Assembly: GCF_009914755.1 (NCBI RefSeq) | Contig: NC_060939.1 | Direction: 5' to 3' (one strand) | From: the human T2T-CHM13v2.0 reference genome, Homo sapiens | DNA length: 64,000 bases | Part shown: positions 1 to 64,000 of the stretch, piece after piece | Layout: every line of letters begins with the position of its first letter | Position numbering within the stretch: position 1 is the stretch's first letter | Position numbers and translations under genes: made by a program | Notes under the pieces: model-generated | Told to the model about the DNA's origin: nothing | The model's database searches: none | Seen by the model: the letters and a program-made list of their open reading frames with translations, nothing else

Positions 1-377
1 AATTAACACTCCGAACTCTTTTTCTCATAGAAATGATGTTGTAAATAGTGGTTGGCTACAAGAATGGCTTCTTTGATGAGCAGCAAGGTGCCTGAAATCC
101 AGTCCATTTTTAGCTATTATTTTTATCTTCTGGCTATTTCACTAACAACCAGACTTATGCAATACGACCTTTTTGTAAAGTGGAAATTAATTATCTGTGG
201 TTGAGAGTTTATAATCATGTTAGTTCATCAGGTAATAAGTTTAGGATTGCACTGAAAATTTAACGTGCTGCTGTGAGGAACTAGACCAGAAGACATCACC
301 CAGCATACTGACTTGGAAACACTCCTATTTTATAATGAACCACAGTTTTGTTTTGTTTTTTAAAATCAGAATAGAAC

Positions 378-383
378 TTTATT
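378..383 (-). terminator. Candidate distal polyadenylation signal AATAAA
   Basis: plus strand tttatt at 378-383, followed on minus by an A-rich stretch and GT-containing downstream sequence. Confidence 0.75.
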
Positions 384-1299
384 TGTGGATTCAAGATTTT
401 AAAAAATGATTTTACACTTTAAAGTGTGCAATAAATTTTGATACATCAATCTTGATATATATATTTACTGTGTCAGAAGATTTTAAAAAGTCAAATAGTT
501 TATAATCAAAATGAATTGTGTTTAACTTGATACTTATATGGAATAACTTCAGCATTATAAATAAAAACCCAAAACAAACACCATTTAAATTTGAGTTCTG
601 ATGAAATGCATTTGTAATACAATTTTGTTAAAAATTTTTAATAAGAGATTGTAGGCTAAAGTTATATGCTTGTAATTTCTAGAAACATATGATGTCCTTG
701 CTTTATGAAAATGATCCTACTGACTGTCCCGCAGTAGAATGCATTTGAGACACTTTTCTATCTGGGATAAGGGGCTGTGTTGCTTGATACATGTTTCTTC
801 CAGACCACGAGCCCCTAGTGGGAGATGAAGGGGATGAAGGTCTGCAGCTGGGGACTGGTGGCAGTTGAGTCTGGTCTCATTTAACATCATGTTCTATGAG
901 TCACAGAATCATCCAAATGAGTATCAGCCAGATACAAAGAAAGCTTTGTATTTTCTCATGCTTAGATAGTTCACAAACATAATATTTAAATAATTGTGGC
1001 AAAATCCTGTTTTAACAAAAATAATTTTCACATTCCATTCTACATAATGAGGACATTTCCAAAATGCATTGGCCCACATTACTATTACTTTGCTGATATG
1101 AAGAAAATGAATTATGATGGTAAGATCCATATACAGATATACACATGTGTATCCATATTATTTATATATTTAATATCAGAAATGTTCCTACTTCCTTGTC
1201 TCTTAGAAGTCACTTTACTTTTAAATGATTCTTTGGGAGTGTGGTCAATTTGCACACCTGACTTGACACAATCTGACGGTCAGCACAAAGCACCTTCTG

Positions 1300-1505
1300 A
1301 TTGTATAACACTTTACAAAGTACTTTTTGCTTTCTCATCTGTCTGGAACTTCTGACAATCTGGCATGACAATGAGGGTGGGCATGATTACTCTCATTTGA
1401 CAGATGAAGAAATATGAATCCAGAGAGGTTAAGTAAGCTGCTTCAGTTCACATGGCTGGTGAGATATCAAACCAGGACTATACCTGGTGCTCATCCTTGA
1501 CTGCT
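1300..1505 (-). mobile_element. MIR SINE in the 3'UTR
   Basis: tctcatttgacagatgaagaaa...cagagaggttaagtaa is the reverse complement of the MIR core. Confidence 0.75.
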
Positions 1506-1984
1506 GGTTGACAATGGTGAAGACAAAACGCAGGGTACATTAATCTGTGAATTGCTTCCCCTAAACCATGCTGATGCTGTGGTGTTTGGAAAGTAGAAAG
1601 TGGTTTTGCTACTGTCACATTTCAGATTTCTATCAGGTGCTAATGAGTACTCATCATGTTATACCCCAACAAACTTAAACCAAGAACCAGAGGTACTTTT
1701 TACAGTTCTCACAGGGTGTGTATATATATATATTTAAGAAGATTCGTAACATATATTTACAATTATTCCTAAATCACCAAGATACCATACTGAGAAATAG
1801 GTTTAATCTTTTTAAGAGCATTTTCTATATAATCATTCCAATATAAGGATGAAACAATATAAGTATGAAATATAAATACAGTCTTGGCACACTTTATCTT
1901 TGCAGGTGTGCTGGAACCTAGAACACTTTCCCTTTTGCCTTATTCTGCTTACGCCTACTTTTGATTGTTTTACAAATTCATAGA

Positions 1985-2100
1985 CACATTTGCAAGTTCC
2001 TTGAGGATCAGGACTCAGCTTCTCTGAAGCTGACAACTCTTACCCCAGAGCATAGCACAGCGCTAGGCACGCAGCATTCAATAAACGTTTGATGAATACA
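1985..2100 (+). mobile_element. L2 3' end in the 3'UTR
   Basis: catagcacagcgctaggcac...caataaacgtttgatgaat resembles the L2 terminus. Confidence 0.7.
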
Positions 2101-2270
2101 TGTACATGGTCTTTATGTACTTCAGTTTGGTTAAAGGAAGATATGAACTGTAGCATTTTGCCTACAGAATTCTGGATTTGTAATTAAAAACATTGTCTTC
2201 ATAGTAAACAGTATTTTAAAAGGCATAAGAAATAGTAATAAATTTAATACAAATTATGCATTATAACAAC

Positions 2271-2281
2271 TCTTTGGTTAT
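2271..2281 (-). promoter_or_regulatory. miR-9-5p site (11-nt match)
   Basis: plus tctttggttat equals miR-9 nt 1-11. Confidence 0.6.
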
Positions 2282-2358
2282 TTTAAACAAATTATTTGGT
2301 TTTTTTACTAGAGTGATACTAAAAATATAAAAATGCGACTACAGAAATTAGCTTAATC

Positions 2359-2384
2359 TGTAAACATGATAAACCCTGTAAACA
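2359..2384 (-). promoter_or_regulatory. Two tandem miR-30-5p 8mer sites (UGUUUACA) in the 3'UTR
   Basis: plus tgtaaaca at 2359-2366 and 2377-2384. Confidence 0.7.
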
Positions 2385-3325
2385 TACATTTACTACATAA
2401 TTGTACAAGTGTAAAGAATATCTAGTAAAGGCAAGTGCTATACACTTCATTTAGTTCTTCAAGGCATATTTAGAAATACTGCTTTGTGGATCTTTAATGT
2501 TTGAAGAAGGAATTCTTCTAACTACACTAAAATATGAAAAAGTGATGACTATACCAATGGTCAATAGGATATGCAGGCAAGAGAAAGGCTTTAATACTTT
2601 TTACCCATTGCAAATATGAATTTGCTTCACATGTCTTATGAACCATCTGTTTAGTAAAACTGCATATTAACAAAAGCCAAATACTTCGAAAGTGAAGAAG
2701 TAAACAGTTTTTCTGTGAGTTAGTTGGCTAGAAATATAGGTAACACACTTTCCAAAGTTTTTTCCCAAAAATCTAGGCAGTAAGGTGCATAAGGCAGGTC
2801 TACAAAATAATAAATAGCTGCGAGTAGCACTAAATATATTGTAGTTTACTCAATAGTAAAGTATTTCTTTTTCCAAATTTCAGTTTTCCATCTCAAAATG
2901 CATCAAACTTTTCACACATGACACGTATCACAAATATTTCACAGTTATCATCTCAGTAGTTTAAGAAAAAACTGCCTGGCAGATACTATACAAGAGGTAA
3001 ATGTTAAGGACAAAATTCACTATTTAAGTCATACAGGACTTATATCCTATTGTGTGAACTCTAAAGCCAGGTGTGGTGGTGCCTGGCTTTAGGCAGGCAC
3101 CTAACTCTAAAGACAGCATGAAACAACTGTGTAAATGCAACACATTATTTAAAAGTGATTAAAAATAAGTTGTCGTACTATTTCTTCAAATGCTTTTTAT
3201 ATGATTTTCTTCAAGATCTGGGAAGACTCAGTGGCCACATTTTAGTAGTTCCCCGGAAAATTTTAAGTCAAGATTTTGGTTATAAAACTATGGCAGTAAA
3301 AACACTACAGATTGTTATTTGTAAT

Positions 3326-47441
<44,116 letters not shown>

Positions 47442-47569
47442 CTATAAGAGAAGGAAGAAAAAATATAATTAGTAATACGCTCAATTCCTTTAGAAGAGTT
47501 TGATGAGATAGTGCCACCATTCACAGAAAATGTAGAGTTTTTTTTTTATTCAGTCATATGCAGCATCAA

Positions 47570-54250
<6,681 letters not shown>

Positions 54251-54526
54251 GGTGAAAATTAAATAAGAGAATACAAAGTGCCCTGCATAATACCCAGCAC
54301 ACAGTAAGTATTCAAAACATGTTAGCTAATATATATTTAAAATACTGGCGTATATAATGAAACCCCTGCTCCCCTTTCCCTGGACCAGTGTGTGGACATT
54401 TCAAACAGGTATATCCAAGAAAAGGAGTACGGTTGGAGTCTAAGGCCTAACAAATTAGCTTAGTTTAACGCCATATTCCTATTCTAGAACATGAGTTGAT
54501 GATAATTTTTGAAATGGGTAAGTTAG

Positions 54527-54958
<432 letters not shown>

Positions 54959-55234
54959 TAAAATATAACAAAAAATAGTAAAATCTCAATCAGGATGACT
55001 GAGGAATAAAATATTTTGGGTAACTGAATTATCTAGTTAACTTAGGTTTAGGCTTAATCAGATTAAAAAAAACAAAAACAAAAACAACTTTTTTTTTGGT
55101 TTAGTCTTATTAAATAGCCTTGTCCTGAGTAAACAGAATACACTGAACATCTGTATGTTTGATGATTTGTGACCCTGCAGTGCTTAAAAAACATAGCTGT
55201 GATCAACTGTCACTAGAGTAATACAGGCACAGAA

Positions 55235-55453
55235 CAGGGTTTCTCAGCTTGGGCACTACTGACAATTCGAGCCAGATAATTTTTTTTTTGTTGTGGGGGC
55301 TGTCTTGTGCATTGAAGGATATTTACCAACATTCCTGGCCTCTACCCACTTGTGTCAGTAGTACCCGCCCTCCAGTTATAACAACCAAAAACATTTTCTG
55401 GCTTTGTCAAATATCCCCTGGGTGGCAAGATCATTCCTCATTAAGAACCACTG
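55235..55453 (-). mobile_element. MER20 hAT DNA transposon
   Basis: cagggtttctca...ttgtgggggctgtc...gaaccactg; acagaa flanks. Confidence 0.85.
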
Positions 55454-55539
55454 CTACAGAAGGTATAAGACCAAATGTTCCAACAAACGTGCAGAAGTCT
55501 CTTCCTAATTTTGGTTTTTAAAAGTAACAGCTTTTAGGC

Positions 55540-63630
<8,091 letters not shown>

Positions 63631-64000
63631 GCTTTATTAAGATGTAATTCACATACAATTAACCCACTTAGAGTGTACAATTCAATGTTTTTTAGTATTT
63701 TCACAGAGTTGTTCAACCATTAGACAATCAATTTTAGAACATTTTCATCACCCAAAAAGAACACCCTTACCAATCAGCATTCACTGCCCATTTCCCCACC
63801 CCTCCTTCAGTCCTAGGCAACCACCAACCACTTTCTGTCTTTATGGATTTGCCTATTCTGGATATTTCATATAAGTGGAATTATATAATACGTGGTCCTT
63901 TATGACTGACTTATTTTACTTAGTATGTTTCCAAGATTCATCCATACTGTAACATTCCTTTTTTATTGTTGTTACATTATATGGATATACCACATTTTAT
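63631..64000 (-). mobile_element. L1MB-type 3' end
   Basis: gctttattaagatgtaattcacatac...ctaggcaaccacc...gcctattctggatatttcat. Confidence 0.8.

Larger units (their letters stand above)
350..3325 (-). other. NEDD4: NEDD4 3'UTR (~3 kb; 3' end approximate)
   Basis: AU-rich, Alu-free sequence from the stop codon to AATAAA at 383-378. Confidence 0.8.

Noticed and set aside
996-1355. 119-aa plus-strand ORF (and 924..1130, 1833..2036, 3155..3385)
   Set aside because: Lie in or antisense to the AT-rich NEDD4 3'UTR/last exon, several with non-ATG starts and no recognisable domain

Overview
Human (primate) genomic DNA, repeat-rich, holding the 3' part of NEDD4 (HECT E3 ubiquitin ligase) on the minus strand. 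I mapped 24 coding exons by hand, all with GT-AG boundaries. They join into one 2412-nt frame (803 aa plus TAG): end of the C2 domain, WW1-WW4 and the HECT domain, ending ...[12 protein letters not shown]...GFDGVD*. A ~3 kb 3'UTR runs to an AATAAA at 378-383. The 5' exons lie beyond position 64000. The introns contain about 40 Alus, two THE1 solo LTRs, an ERV1-type LTR, MER20 and MER58A, MIR/L2 remnants, old L1M fragments and a decayed ~8 kb near-full-length L1MA. I see no new protein-coding system, and nearly all other ORF-track entries are repeat-derived. The items worth a second look are RNA-level or structural: a perfectly duplicated splice donor whose second copy would create a stop codon, a U12-like intron before the WW3 exon, an Alu-associated inverted templated copy at the WW2 branch-point region, a tailless U2 retropseudogene, a poly(A) signal inside a 90-nt intron, clustered miR-30/miR-9 sites and a switchable hairpin in the 3'UTR, and a CTCF site with an upstream motif. 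Repeat coordinates and subfamilies are by eye and approximate.
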